NCBI GenBank assembly: GCA_963777955.1
Contig: CAVZSQ010000022.1
Span: forward strand, 1-64,000
Origin: Calditrichia bacterium
GTDB taxonomy: Bacteria; Calditrichota; Calditrichia; JAJRVZ01
Reading direction: 5' to 3'
DNA: 64,000 nt
Shown: positions 34,991 to 45,660 of the stretch, piece after piece
Position numbering within the stretch: the stretch's first letter is position 1
Layout of the letters: each line of letters starts with the position of its first letter
The notes under the pieces: generated by a model
The model's input: the letters and a program-made list of their open reading frames with translations, nothing else
What the model was told of the DNA's origin: nothing
Database searches by the model: none
Position numbers and translations under genes: made by a program

Positions 34991-36434
34991 TCAGGCAGAC
35001 GGGGGCCAGGGGGCGAGGCGGGGCCAGGGCAGTGCCTCCTCGATCGCCAGCGCCAGGCGCAGGAGGGTCGCCTCGCTGCCCATGCGGCCGGCGAACTGGA
35101 GCCCGAAGGGCAGGCCGTCGCCGTCGAGTCCCGAGGGGATCGACATGGCCGGCTGGCCGGTGACGTTGAACACGCCGGTGAAGTCGGTGAAGCGGCCGGC
35201 CCGGGTGAACATCGACTGGAGGTCGTTGGCGTCCAGGTACCCGAGCTCGGGCACCGGCTCGACGATGGTGGGGGTGAGCCACAGGTCGTAGGTGCGGTGG
35301 AAGCTCACCGAGGTCGTGGCTGACCTTCTCCATCGCCAGCTGGGCCCGCACCAGCGCGGTGGCCGGTGCGGCCGAGAGGCCGTCGTGCACCGCCCGGGTG
35401 AGGGCCTCGAGGTCGTCGTCGGCCAGCTCGCGGCCGAGCTCGGCGAGGCGGTCCTCGATGGCCACCGCCGACACCGCGCCCATGATCGTGCTCATCGCCG
35501 TGGTGACCTGGGCCGGGTCGTAGGCGGGGGAGGCCTCCTCGACCCGGTGGCCCATCTCCAGCAGCACCTCGACCATGCGCTCCATGGCGGCGAGCGAGGC
35601 GGGGTGGCCCTCGTTGCCGGCGACCGAGGTGGTGGCGTAGGCGATGCGCAGGGTCTCGGGGGCGGTGGCCAGAGCGGCGGTGAACGACCCCTCGGACGGC
35701 GGCGCCGGTGAGGCGTAGGCGTCACCGGGCACGGGGCCGGCGATGGCGTCGAGGAGGGCGGCGCTGTCGCGGACCGTGCGGGTGACGGCGTGGCCGATGG
35801 CGAGCGGGTAGGGGCCGACGCCCGGTGCCGGCCACGCCGGGGTGCGGCCTCGGGTCGGCTTCAGCCCGAACAGCCCGCACGACGAGGCCGGGATGCGGAT
35901 GGAGCCGCCGCCGTCGTTGGCGTGGGCGGCCGGCACGATGCCGGCGGCGACCGCCGCGGCCGAGCCGCCCGACGAGCCGCCGACCGAGTGGGTGGTGCGC
36001 CACGGGTTGCGGGTCGGGCCGTGCAGCAGCGGCTCGGTGCTGGCGTTCTTGCCCATCTCGGGGGTGTTGGTGTTGCCGAGGATCAGCAGGCCGGCGGCCT
36101 TGAAGCGGCGGGTGAGCTCGCAGTCCTCGGCGGCCACGTTGTCGGCCCAGAGCCGTGAGCCGCGGGTGGAGGGGAGCCCGGCGACGTCGCAGCCGAGGTC
36201 CTTCACCAGGAACGGCACGCCGGCGAGGGGGCCGGTGGGGCCGGCGTCGGCCTCGGCCAGCGCCTCGTCGTACCGGGTGGCGAGCACGGCGTTGAGGGTG
36301 CCGTTGCGGGCCTCGATGCGGGCGATGGACGCCTCGGCCAGCTGGCGGGGCGAGAGCTCGCCGGCGGCCACGAGGCCGGCGAGGCCGACGGCGTCCTGGT
36401 CGTCGAGCAGCGCGTCGATGTCGTGGTCGGCCAT
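34991..36434 (-). CDS. Amidase-signature family enzyme (one frameshift near 35300)
   Basis: GPLAGVPFLVKDL, GGSSGGSAAAVA, NDGGGSIRIPAS.CGLFGLKP, FNVTGQPAMS. Confidence 0.92.
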
Positions 36435-36580
36435 GGGTCCCCCTGCGGTGCGGCGGCGCCCGGCTCGATCGCCGGGGCGCGGTGTGGCCGCAGCTTGGCA
36501 CGGCGCCGGCCGTCCCGATGCGGGCGGCGCTGCTCGGCTGGTCCCGGGGCGGCCTCGGCGGTGCTGCTAGACACGCCGGC

Positions 36581-37366
36581 ATGGCAGACACGGGGGTCCT
36601 GGCCGGCACACGAGCGATCGTCGTCGGGGGCAGCAGCGGCATCGGGCTGGCGACGGCTCGCCTGCTGGCGGCCGACGGATGCCGGGTGACGATCGCCGGG
36701 CGCGACGAGGCCCGGCTCACCGGCGCGGTGGTCGGGCTGGCGGCCGAGGGGCTGGAGGTCCACCCGGTGCGGTGCGACACGCTCATCGCCTCCGACGTGG
36801 CCCGGGCCGTCGAGGTGGCGTGCGAGGGCGACCGGCTCGACATCGCCGTCACCGTGCCCGGCGGCGGCACGCCGATGAACGTCCTCGACTACGAGCCCGA
36901 GCAGTTCTCGGCCGAGGTCGACAAGAACGTGTTCCCGGTCTTCACGCTGCTCAAGTACGCGGGCGAGCGCATGACCGCCGGCGGCTCGTTCGTGGCCGTG
37001 TCGTCGACGGCCGCGGTGTTCTCGACCCGCGGCCTGGCGTCGTACCGCGCCGGCAAGGCGGCGGTCGACGCGCTGGTCGACGTGGCCGCCGACGAGCTGG
37101 GGGAGAAGGGCATCCGGGTGAACTCGGTGCGCCCCGGCCTCACCCGCACCGAGAGCACCGCCGGCATCTTCGCCAACCAGGCGCTGCTCTCCCGCTTCCT
37201 CGAGCAGCAGGCGATCCCCCGGGGCGGCGAGGCGGTCGACATCGGCGCCGCCATCCGCTTCCTCGCCGGCCCCGAGTCGTCGTGGATCACCGGCCAGCAC
37301 CTCACCGTCGACGGCGGCCACACGCTGCGGGCCATGCCCGACATGCGCCCGCCGGCGAAGGGCTGA
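36581..37366 (+). CDS. SDR family oxidoreductase
   Basis: VGGSSGIG, VSS, YRAGK, VNSVRPG, ITGQHLTVDGG. Confidence 0.92.
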   Translation: MADTGVLAGTRAIVVGGSSGIGLATARLLAADGCRVTIAGRDEARLTGAVVGLAAEGLEVHPVRCDTLIASDVARAVEVACEGDRLDIAVTVPGGGTPMNVLDYEPEQFSAEVDKNVFPVFTLLKYAGERMTAGGSFVAVSSTAAVFSTRGLASYRAGKAAVDALVDVAADELGEKGIRVNSVRPGLTRTESTAGIFANQALLSRFLEQQAIPRGGEAVDIGAAIRFLAGPESSWITGQHLTVDGGHTLRAMPDMRPPAKG

Positions 37367-37712
37367 TGGCTGATCGGGAGGACGTGGCCGCTCGGCGAGG
37401 CAGGTCCCAGTCTGCTCGGAGCGACAAGCGGTCCGTCCGTGTCTCCAGCGATAGCGACGCCGCGGACGGGCCGATCGGTGTACGGTGATCCAGGACGTGC
37501 TGACGGCTTCACGTCGACAGGCGAGAGCGATGTCGCTGAGAACTGGAACCACGACGGCCACGGTGGACCCTCCCGAAGGGGTGCCGCCCTCAAGATCCGC
37601 TCAATTGTTCGGTCGGCGAAGGGTGTTGGTCCGGTGCATCCGGTGATGCGCTGGCTAAGGTCGCGCCCCGGCAGACGAGTCGTTCGTCGCCAGCATGTGC
37701 CTAGGAGGCTCC

Positions 37713-38109
37713 ATGGTTCTCGCAGCGGACTGGGGGGTGGGCGAGGTCCTCTGGACCTTCATCTACTTCACCTTCATCTTCATCTGGATCTGGCTCGCGA
37801 TCAGCGTCTTCATCGACGTCTTCCGCAGCCACGACATGAACGGCTGGGCCAAGGCCCTCTGGATCCTGTTCATCATCGTGCTGCCGTTCCTCGGCATCTT
37901 CGTCTACCTGATCGCCCGTGGCGGCAAGATGCAGGCCCACGCCGGTCGAGGCCGCCAAGGCACAGGACGCCGCGGCGCAGGAGTACATCCGCCAGGCCGC
38001 CGGCACCGCCAGCCCGGTCGACGAGCTGCACCGCCTGGCCGACCTCAAGGAGCGCGGCGCCATCACCGACGCCGAGTACGAGCAGATGAAGGCCAAGGTC
38101 ATCGGCTGA
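37713..38109 (+). CDS. PLDc_N + SHOCT domain small membrane protein (one frameshift)
   Basis: RBS AGGAGG; DVFRSHDMNGWAKALWILFIIVLPFLG..VYLIARG; DELHRLADLKERGAITDAEYEQMKAK. Confidence 0.85.
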
Positions 38110-38204
38110 CACCAGGTCGAACCGACCCGGGCCCCGTGCCCGGGTCTGACCTGCATCTGAAGCACCGTGACGGCTCGGGCCGGGAGCGCGCGACGATCTT
38201 CGTC

Positions 38205-39080
38205 GTGACCCCGCCCGAGCCGTCGTCGTATTCCGCCCCGTCCGCCTCCGACCCGTGGGCGCGCGCCGGCCTCAGCGCCGAGCTGATCGGCGAGCGGTTG
38301 GGGGGCGACTTCGACGTCGCCGTCGTGCTCGGCTCCGGCCTCGGCGCCGCCGCCGAGCGGCTGGGCGACGCCTCGATGTCGATGGCCGACGCCGGCTTCC
38401 CGTCGACCAACGTCGTCGGCCACGCCGGCACGATCCTCGCCGGCACCGTGGGCGGCGCCCGCGTGCTGGTGCTCGCCGGCCGGGTCCACCTCTACGAGGG
38501 CCACCACCCGAACGCCGTCGTGCACGGCGTGCGCACGGCCGCCCGGCTCGGCTGCCGCCGCCTGCTGCTCACCAACGCCGCCGGCGGCATCCGCCCCGGC
38601 CTGTCGGTGGGCGACCTCGTCGCCATCTCCGACCACCTGAACCTCACCGGGGCCAACCCGCTGATCGGCACCCACGACCTGCCCCACGAGCGGTTCATCG
38701 ACGTCTCGAACCTGTACCCGCTGGCCCCGACGGTCGCCGCCGCCGGCGGCCTCGAGACCGGCGTCTACGCCGCCCTCCCGGGCCCGAGCTACGAGACGCC
38801 GGCCGAGATCCGCATGCTGGCCACCCTCGGCGCCGACCTCGTCGGCATGTCGACCGTGCTCGAGGCGCTGGCCGCCCACGCCCTCGGCGTGCAGGTCGGC
38901 GGGCTCAGCCTCGTCACCAACGCGGCGGCCGGCCTCGGCGGCGAGCTCAGCCACGAGGAGGTCACCGAGGTCGGGGCGTCCCGGGCCGGCGCGGTGGTCG
39001 ACACCATCGCCGCCGTCTGCGAGGCCATCGCCGCCGACGTGGCCGCCGAGGCCGCCGAGGCCGCAGCGGCGGCCGCGGAT
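38205..39080 (+). CDS. punA: Purine-nucleoside phosphorylase domain, probably fused to DeoC
   Basis: VLGSGLG, GHAG, GRVHLYEG, TNAAGG, GPSYETPAE, VGMSTVLE, VTN, LSHEEV. Confidence 0.88.
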
Positions 39081-39802
39081 CGATCCCCGCCGCGGTCGCA
39101 CCGGCGGTCGTCGCCAGCGCCATCCCCGAGCCGGTCGATCGCCCGTCGCGGATCGTGCTGGCCGGTCGCATCGACCACACCCTGCTGAAGCCGGAGGCCT
39201 CGGCCGCCGACGTCGCCGCCCACTGCGCCGAGGCCGACGACCTCGGTGTCGTGGCCGTGTGCGTGTCGCCCACCCGTCTGGCCCAGGTCGTCGAGCTCGG
39301 GGCCCGCTCGGCGTGGAAGCCGTGCACGGTCATCGGCTTCCCGTCCGGTGCCCACCTCCCGGCGATCAAGGAGGCCGAGGCCCGCCAGGCGGTCTACGAC
39401 GGCGCCACCGAGCTCGACATGGTCATCAACCTGGGGGCGGTCGCCGACGGCGCCTGGGGCCTGCTCACCGAGGAGATCACCCTCGTGCGCCGCACCATCC
39501 CCGCCGGCGTGCTCAAGGTGATCCTCGAGACCGCCGCGCTCCAGCCGTGGCAGATCGAGACCGTGGCCCGCCTCGCCCTCGACGCCGGCGCCGACTTCCT
39601 CAAGACCTCCACCGGGTTCCACCCCGCCGGCGGGGCGACGGTCGAGGCCGTGGCCCAGCTGGCGGCGGTGGCCAAGGGTCGGGCGAAGGTCAAGGCGTCC
39701 GGCGGCATCCGCGACATCGACACCGCGCTCGACATGATCACCGCGGGCGCCGACCGCCTCGGCACCTCGGCCAGCGCGGCGATCCTCGCCGGCCTCGAGT
39801 GA
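39081..39802 (+). CDS. deoC: Deoxyribose-phosphate aldolase domain
   Basis: IDHTLLKP, VIGFPSG, ELDMVIN, LKVILET, FLKTSTGF, VKASGGIR, GADRLGTS. Confidence 0.92.
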
Positions 39803-39851
39803 GCGTCCCGGGCTTCTGACGACCCGTCAGGTCCGGTCGTAGGATCGACCG

Positions 39852-41958
39852 GTGACCCACGGACACCTGCTCTCGCCCGGCTCGATCGGGCCCATGCCGC
39901 TGCGCAACCGCATCGTCATGCCGGCCATGGACCAGAACACCTGCGACGAGGGCGAGATCACCGACCTCACCGTGGCCCACTACGAGGCGCGGGCGAAGGG
40001 CGGCGTCGGGCTGCTCATCCTCGAGACCTCGGCCGTGGCCTGGCCGGTCGGCGCCACGTCGATCCACCAGCCGGCGCTCTCCGACGACCGGTTCGTGCCC
40101 GGGCTCGAGCGCCTGGGCCGGGCGGTGCACAAGCACGGGGCGAAGATGGTCGTGCAGGTCTGCCACCACGGCAAGACCGCCGGCGTCGACGCCATGCAGG
40201 ACCGCGACCAGCTCGTGCCCTCGATGCCGATGCCCCACGAGGACGTCGACATCAGCGCCCTCACCATGGACGAGCTGATGAAGATGGCCGCCCTCACCGG
40301 CGGCAAGCGGGCCACCCAGCGCGAGGCCACGGCCGACGACCTGGCGTGGGTCGTCGACCAGTTCGCCGACGCTGCCGCCCGGGTGCAGGCCGCCGGGCTC
40401 GACGGGGTCGAGGTGCACGCCGCCCACGGCTACCTCATCTCCACCTTCCTCTCGCCGCGCTTCAACACCCGCACCGACGAGTGGGGCGGATCGGTCGAGA
40501 ACCGGGCCCGGCTGATGACCGACGTGATCCGGGCCATCCGCACCCGCTGCGGCGACGGGTTCGCGGTGATCGTGCGCATCGACGGCCGCGAGTACGCCGA
40601 GGGCGGGGTCACCCCGGAGCTGGCCGCCGAGCACGCGGTGCTGGCCCAGGCCGCCGGCGCCCACGCCGTGCACGTGTCGGCCAGCGCGCCCAACGCCCTC
40701 GGCGTGGGCTTCACCGACGGTCCGCTGCCGTGGCAGGCCGACCAGTACGTCGGGCTGGCGGCGCTGCGTGAAGCAGTCGATCGCGGTGCCGGTGATCGGT
40801 GTCGGCCGGATCATGCCCGACGCCGCCGAGCGCCACATCGCCAACGGCGAGCTCGACTTCGTGTCGATGGGCCGCCAGCTGCTCGCCGACCCCGAGATCC
40901 CCTCGAAGCTGCTCGCCGGCCGGGCCGACCACGTCCGCACCTGCATCAACTGCTTCGTGTGCGTCGCCCAGAACTTCTGGGACGGCGCTCCGGTGTGCGC
41001 GGTCAACGCCGAGCTCGGCCACTACGACGAGGGCCCGATCGTGCCGGCCGAGGTGCGCCGCACCGTCGCCGTGGTCGGGGGTGGGCCCGGCGGCATGGAG
41101 GCGGCCCGTGTCGCGGCGCTCCGCGGCCACCGGGTCACCCTGTTCGAGAAGGGCACCGAGCTCGGTGGCACCGCCCGCTTCTCGTCGCTCACCACGCCGA
41201 TGAACGCCGAGCTGGTGCGCTACCTCACCAACTCGATCCAGGACCTCGACGTCGAGGTCCTCACCGGCACCGAGGCCACCCCCGACGCCGTGAAGGCCGT
41301 CGGGGCCGAGGCCGTCGTGGTCGCCACCGGCGCCCGCCGCGACCGGCCCGACGTGCCCGGTGCCGACCTGCCCCACGTGCTCTCCGGCGACGACCTGCGG
41401 GGCATGCTGACCGGCGACGACCCGTCGGCGCTGAAGCGCCTGTCGCTCTACCGGCGCACCGTGGTCGCCGTCGGCCGCCGCACCGGGATGATGTCGAGCA
41501 TGGACCGGGTCCGGGGCCTCTCGAAGCGCTGGATGCCCATCGGCAAGAAGGTCGTGGTGATCGGCGGCGGGCTCGTCGGGCTCGAGCTGGCCGAGTTCCT
41601 GGCCGAGCGGGGCCGCAAGGTCACCGTGCTGGAGGCCGGCGACAAGCTCGGGGTCGAGATGGCCCACCCCCGTCGGGCCCGCGCCCTGTTCGAGGCCCGG
41701 GCCCACGGCGTCGAGCTCGTCACCGGGGCCGAGGTCTCGATGATCACCGCCGACCGGGTCGAGTACCGGGTCGGCGACCGCTCGCTCGCCAGCGACGCCG
41801 ACGCCGTCGTCCTGGCCAGCGGTGTGCACGCCGACCGGAGCACCGCCGATCGCATGGAGGCGGCCGGGTTCGAGGTCCACGTGGTGGGAGACGCCGGCGA
41901 GGTCGGCTACATCCAGGGCGCCGTGCGCAGCGGCCATCTCGTCGGTCGGGCCCTCTAG
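39852..41958 (+). CDS. NADH:flavin oxidoreductase (Old Yellow Enzyme + FAD/NAD domains; FadH-like), one frameshift near 40768
   Basis: LRNRIVMPAM, EVHAAHGYL..FLSP..N.RTDEWGGS.ENR, CINCFVC...C, VGGGPGG, IGGGLVG. Confidence 0.9.
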
Positions 41959-41998
41959 CGCCCTGTCGGTCCGCGTCGGTCGCCTATCCTCGGCACCC

Positions 41999-42580
41999 AT
42001 GGTGCTGGGTGGTCTCCTCGGGGTGGTCGCGGGGATCCTCGCGGTCGGGGGGCTGGCCAAGCTCCGCGGACCGGAGGCCACCGTCCCCATGCTCCGGGCC
42101 CTGGGCCTGCCCGCCTCGCCGATGCTCGCCCGTGCCCTCGGGCTGGTCGAGGTCGGCGTCGGCGTCGCCGCCTTCCTCGTCGGCGGATGGGCCCTCGCCG
42201 CCGCGGTGGCCGTGCTGTTCGTGATCTTCACCGTCGCCGTGCTGCGCCTGCGCTCCGGTGGCGAGGCCGTGTCGTGCGGGTGCTTCGGTCGCTCCTCGGC
42301 CCCGCCCACGATGATCCACGCCGTCGTCGACGGTGTGGCGGCGCTGGTCGCCGTCGCCGCCGCGGTGGCCGACGCCCCCGGCTTCCTCTCGATGCGGCCC
42401 GACCTGCCCGCCGCCGGAGTGCCCCAGCTGGGGCTCACCGTGCTCGCGGTGTGGCTCGGCGTCGCCCTGCTCACCGTGCTGCCGGAGGCGCTCGTCGCCG
42501 CCCGCCGGGTCCCCGCCACCGAGGCGCAGCGCGCCGCTCGTGCCCTGCGCACCTTCAGCCTGGAGTCGCCGCTCCCATGA
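41999..42580 (+). CDS. MauE/DoxX family redox membrane protein
   Basis: GLAKL TM, several TMs and VSCGCFG (MauE CGCxG motif). Confidence 0.82.
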   Translation: MVLGGLLGVVAGILAVGGLAKLRGPEATVPMLRALGLPASPMLARALGLVEVGVGVAAFLVGGWALAAAVAVLFVIFTVAVLRLRSGGEAVSCGCFGRSSAPPTMIHAVVDGVAALVAVAAAVADAPGFLSMRPDLPAAGVPQLGLTVLAVWLGVALLTVLPEALVAARRVPATEAQRAARALRTFSLESPLP

Positions 42581-44777
42581 GCCCCTCTGCTCAGCTCGCC
42601 GACAAGGTCTCGGGCCTCCTCGGCAGCCGGTTCAGCCGCCGTGGGTTCTTCGCCCGCACGGCCGTCGTCGGCTCCGCCGTCGCCGCCAACCCGCTGACCT
42701 ACGCCCTGACCCCCACCGACGCCTACGCCGCGGTCTGCAGCTGCAGCGGCTCGAACTGCGAGTGCGGCTCGATGTGCTGCGACGGCTACACCGAGTTCTG
42801 CTGCACCCTCACGCGGCAACAACCAGTGCCCCCCGGGCGTCGCTGCTCGGTGGCTGGTGGAAGGTCGACGGCTCGGGCTTCTGCAACGGCCCCCGCTACT
42901 ACATGGACTGCAACGCCCCCTGCAACGGGTGCGGCTGCGGCGGCGGCGGCATCTGCAGCGGCGGCGCGCTCGGGCACCAACTGCGGCTGCGGCCTCGGCG
43001 ACTGCAACAACCGCAAGGCCGGCTGCGTGAACTTCCGCTACGGCCAGTGCAACCAGCAGGTCGTCCTGCATCGGCCCGATCCTCTGCCGGGTGGTCACCT
43101 GCATCGCCCCGTGGGAGATCGACGGCACCTGCACGACCACCGCCCGCTACGACGCCACCACCGCCGACCCACGACCGGCCCTGCCTGCACGGTCGATCGG
43201 CGACGTCGAACACCGCGGTGGAGGACCAGCCGTCAACGGCGGTCCCGCCATCGGGTCACCGGCTGGGCGCATCGACTTCGACACCAACGCCTCGATCGAC
43301 GTCCGCGTCTACGTCGACGGCAACTCGCCACCACGGCCACTCGCCAACCGGTGCCCGGTCCGACGTCGCCATCGCCAACCCGGGTCAGGGGCCCGAACCA
43401 CGGGTTCGACGTCACCGTCCCGATCACCTCGGGCGCCCACAACGTCTGCGTGTATGGCTCAACGCCGGCCCGGTCGGCAACGGCAACCCCGCCTCGGCTG
43501 CCGCGACGGTCACCAGGTCGGAGCGCCGTTCGGCAACCTCGAGGGCCTCGACCGTCGGCACGGGCCGATCACCGTCCGGGGCTGGGCCGCTCGACCCGGA
43601 CACCACCGGCCCGGTGAGCGTCCACGTCTACGTCGACGGCAACTGGGCACGGCCAGGGCGTCGCCGACCAGCCCCGCCCCGACGTCGGCCAGGCCTTCCC
43701 CGCCCTCGGCCCGAACCACGGCTTCACCGTCACCGTGCCCCTCGCGGCCGGCGCCCACAACGTGTGCGTCTACGCCATCAACGTGGGCAACGGATCGGTC
43801 AACACCCAGATCGGCTGCGTCACGGTCATCGGGGCAACCCGTTCGGCTCGCTCGACGTGGCCACCGCCACCGCGGGCGGTGTCGACGTCAGCGGCTGGGC
43901 GATCGACCCCGACCAGCTCACCAGCCCCATCGACGTCCAGCTGCGCCTCGACGGCAACCCGGTCAGCACCGTCGCCGCGGGCGAGTCCCGGCCCGACGTC
44001 GGCTCCGTCTACCCGACGGCAGGGGCGAACCACGGCTTCTCCCGATCGTCCCCGCCACAGCCGGTGTGCACACGATCTCGGCGGTGGCGCTCAACGTCGG
44101 GCCCGGCACCAACCAGGTGCTCGCCACCCGCAGCGTCGAGGTGCGCTCGCGGCAGCCCGTTCGGGAACCTCGAGCGCACCTGGACCGGCCCGGACACCGT
44201 CCGGGTCCCGGGCTGGGTCCTCGACCCCGACAACACCGGCCCCATCCAGGTGCAGGTCGACGTCGACGGCGTGGTCGCCACCACCGCCACCGCCGATGTG
44301 TCCCGGCCGCGACGTGGCCGCCGTGTACCCGGGCTACGGCCCCGTGCACGGCTTCCAGGTCGACGTGCCGGCCACCAACGGCCTGCGCCTCGTGCGGGTC
44401 GTGGCCCTCAACGTGGGCGCCGGCTCGCCGGTGGTGCTCGGCGTGCCGCAGCTGCAGGTGGGCGGCAACCCGTTCGGCAACTTCGAGGACGTCGTGGTCG
44501 CCTACGGCCGGGTCGCCGTCGCCGGCTGGGCCATCGACCCCGACACCTCCGATCCCATCGACGTCCACGTGTACATCGACGGCAGGCTGGCCCTCGTCGG
44601 CACCGCCAACCAGTCCCGTCCCGACGTGGCCGAGGCCTTCCCGCTGTACGGCCCGAACCACGGCTTCAGCATCTCGACCCCGATCGCCCGCGGCCGCCAC
44701 GAGGTCTGCGTTTCGCCATCGACCAGGGCCCGGGCACCGAGAACGTGCTGATCGGCTGCCGGACGGTGACCGCATGA
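42577..44777 (+). CDS. Tat-exported Cys-rich protein: MauA/amine dehydrogenase light chain-like N-domain + five ~100-aa repeats (frameshifted)
   Basis: FSRRGFF Tat motif, AYA cleavage site, ~25 Cys, CCDGYTEFCC...QCPPGSLLGGWWK...YYMDC, and repeats with GW.DPD...V.VDG...RPDV...HGF. ATGA overlaps on both sides. Confidence 0.75.
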
Positions 44778-45652
44778 CCGTCCTCGTCGTGCTGCTCGCC
44801 CTCGTGGTGGCGCTGCTCGCCGTGCTGGTCATCGGCCTGCTGCGCAGCCACGCCGAGATCCTGCGCCGGCTCCACGAGCTGGGCGCGGGGATCTACGACG
44901 ACGACGAGGGCACCACCGTCACGTCGCCGACGTCGACCACCGGTGGCGTGCGCTCGCCCGTCGAGCTGCGCACCCGGCCGGGCGTGCCCGAGCCCCGCAG
45001 CGCCGAGGGCCTGGTGGCCACCGACGCCCACGACATCGCCGGGGTGACCCCGACCGGCTCGGCCACCATGGCCGGGGTGGTGGGCACCGGGCACACGACC
45101 CTGCTGGCGTTCCTGTCGAGCGGCTGTGGCACCTGCGCCGACTTCTGGCGGGCGTTCGGCGACGGCGAGGGCACCCGCCTGCCGGGCCGCGACACCCGCC
45201 TGGTGATCGTCACCAAGGGCACCGAGGCCGAGAGCAGCTCGGCGGTCGCCCTGCTGGCCCCCGCCGGGGTCACCACGATCATGTCGACCGAGGCCTACGA
45301 CCAGTACTCGGTGCCGGCCAACCCGTACTTCATCCTCGTCGACGGGCCCACGGGCCGGGTGCTCGGCGAGGGGGCCGCCGCGTCCTGGAGCCAGGTCGCC
45401 ACCCTGCTCGGCCAGGCGGCCGCCGACGCCGGCCTCGCCCTCGACGGCTCGCCGCTCACCCGCTCGGCCCCGGCCGGGCGCATGTCCGGCCCCGATCGGG
45501 CGGCCCGCGCCGACGACGACCTCCTGGCCGCCGGCATCGGCCCCGGCCACCCGAGCCTCTACCCCGACCAGCTGGTGGGTGGCGACGACGCCGCCCTGCC
45601 ACAGACCGACCCCGTCCCCGGCGGCCCCGCCGACCCGGGCCGGGCGAGCTGA
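44774..45652 (+). CDS. MauD/TlpA-like membrane-anchored thioredoxin-fold protein
   Basis: N-terminal TM ending GLLRSHAEILRRLHELG; LLAFLSSGCGTC (CxxC); YSVPANPYFILVD (cis-Pro region). Confidence 0.8.
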   Translation: MTVLVVLLALVVALLAVLVIGLLRSHAEILRRLHELGAGIYDDDEGTTVTSPTSTTGGVRSPVELRTRPGVPEPRSAEGLVATDAHDIAGVTPTGSATMAGVVGTGHTTLLAFLSSGCGTCADFWRAFGDGEGTRLPGRDTRLVIVTKGTEAESSSAVALLAPAGVTTIMSTEAYDQYSVPANPYFILVDGPTGRVLGEGAAASWSQVATLLGQAAADAGLALDGSPLTRSAPAGRMSGPDRAARADDDLLAAGIGPGHPSLYPDQLVGGDDAALPQTDPVPGGPADPGRAS

Positions 45653-45660
45653 GGACGACC

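Noticed and set aside
34359..36434. Amidase-PadR fusion (691-aa ORF)
   Set aside because: The amidase C-terminus continues in another frame to its own stop at 34991; the fusion arises from one indel near 35300.
37695..39188. Membrane protein-PNP fusion (497-aa ORF)
   Set aside because: The PLDc_N/SHOCT gene ends at 38109 in another frame; the read-through is an indel artefact.
39852..41958. Flavin oxidoreductase as part of the Mau-like system
   Set aside because: It is co-oriented and 40 bp upstream, but it is a common cytoplasmic FadH-like enzyme with no coupling overlap. The link is unsupported without synteny data.
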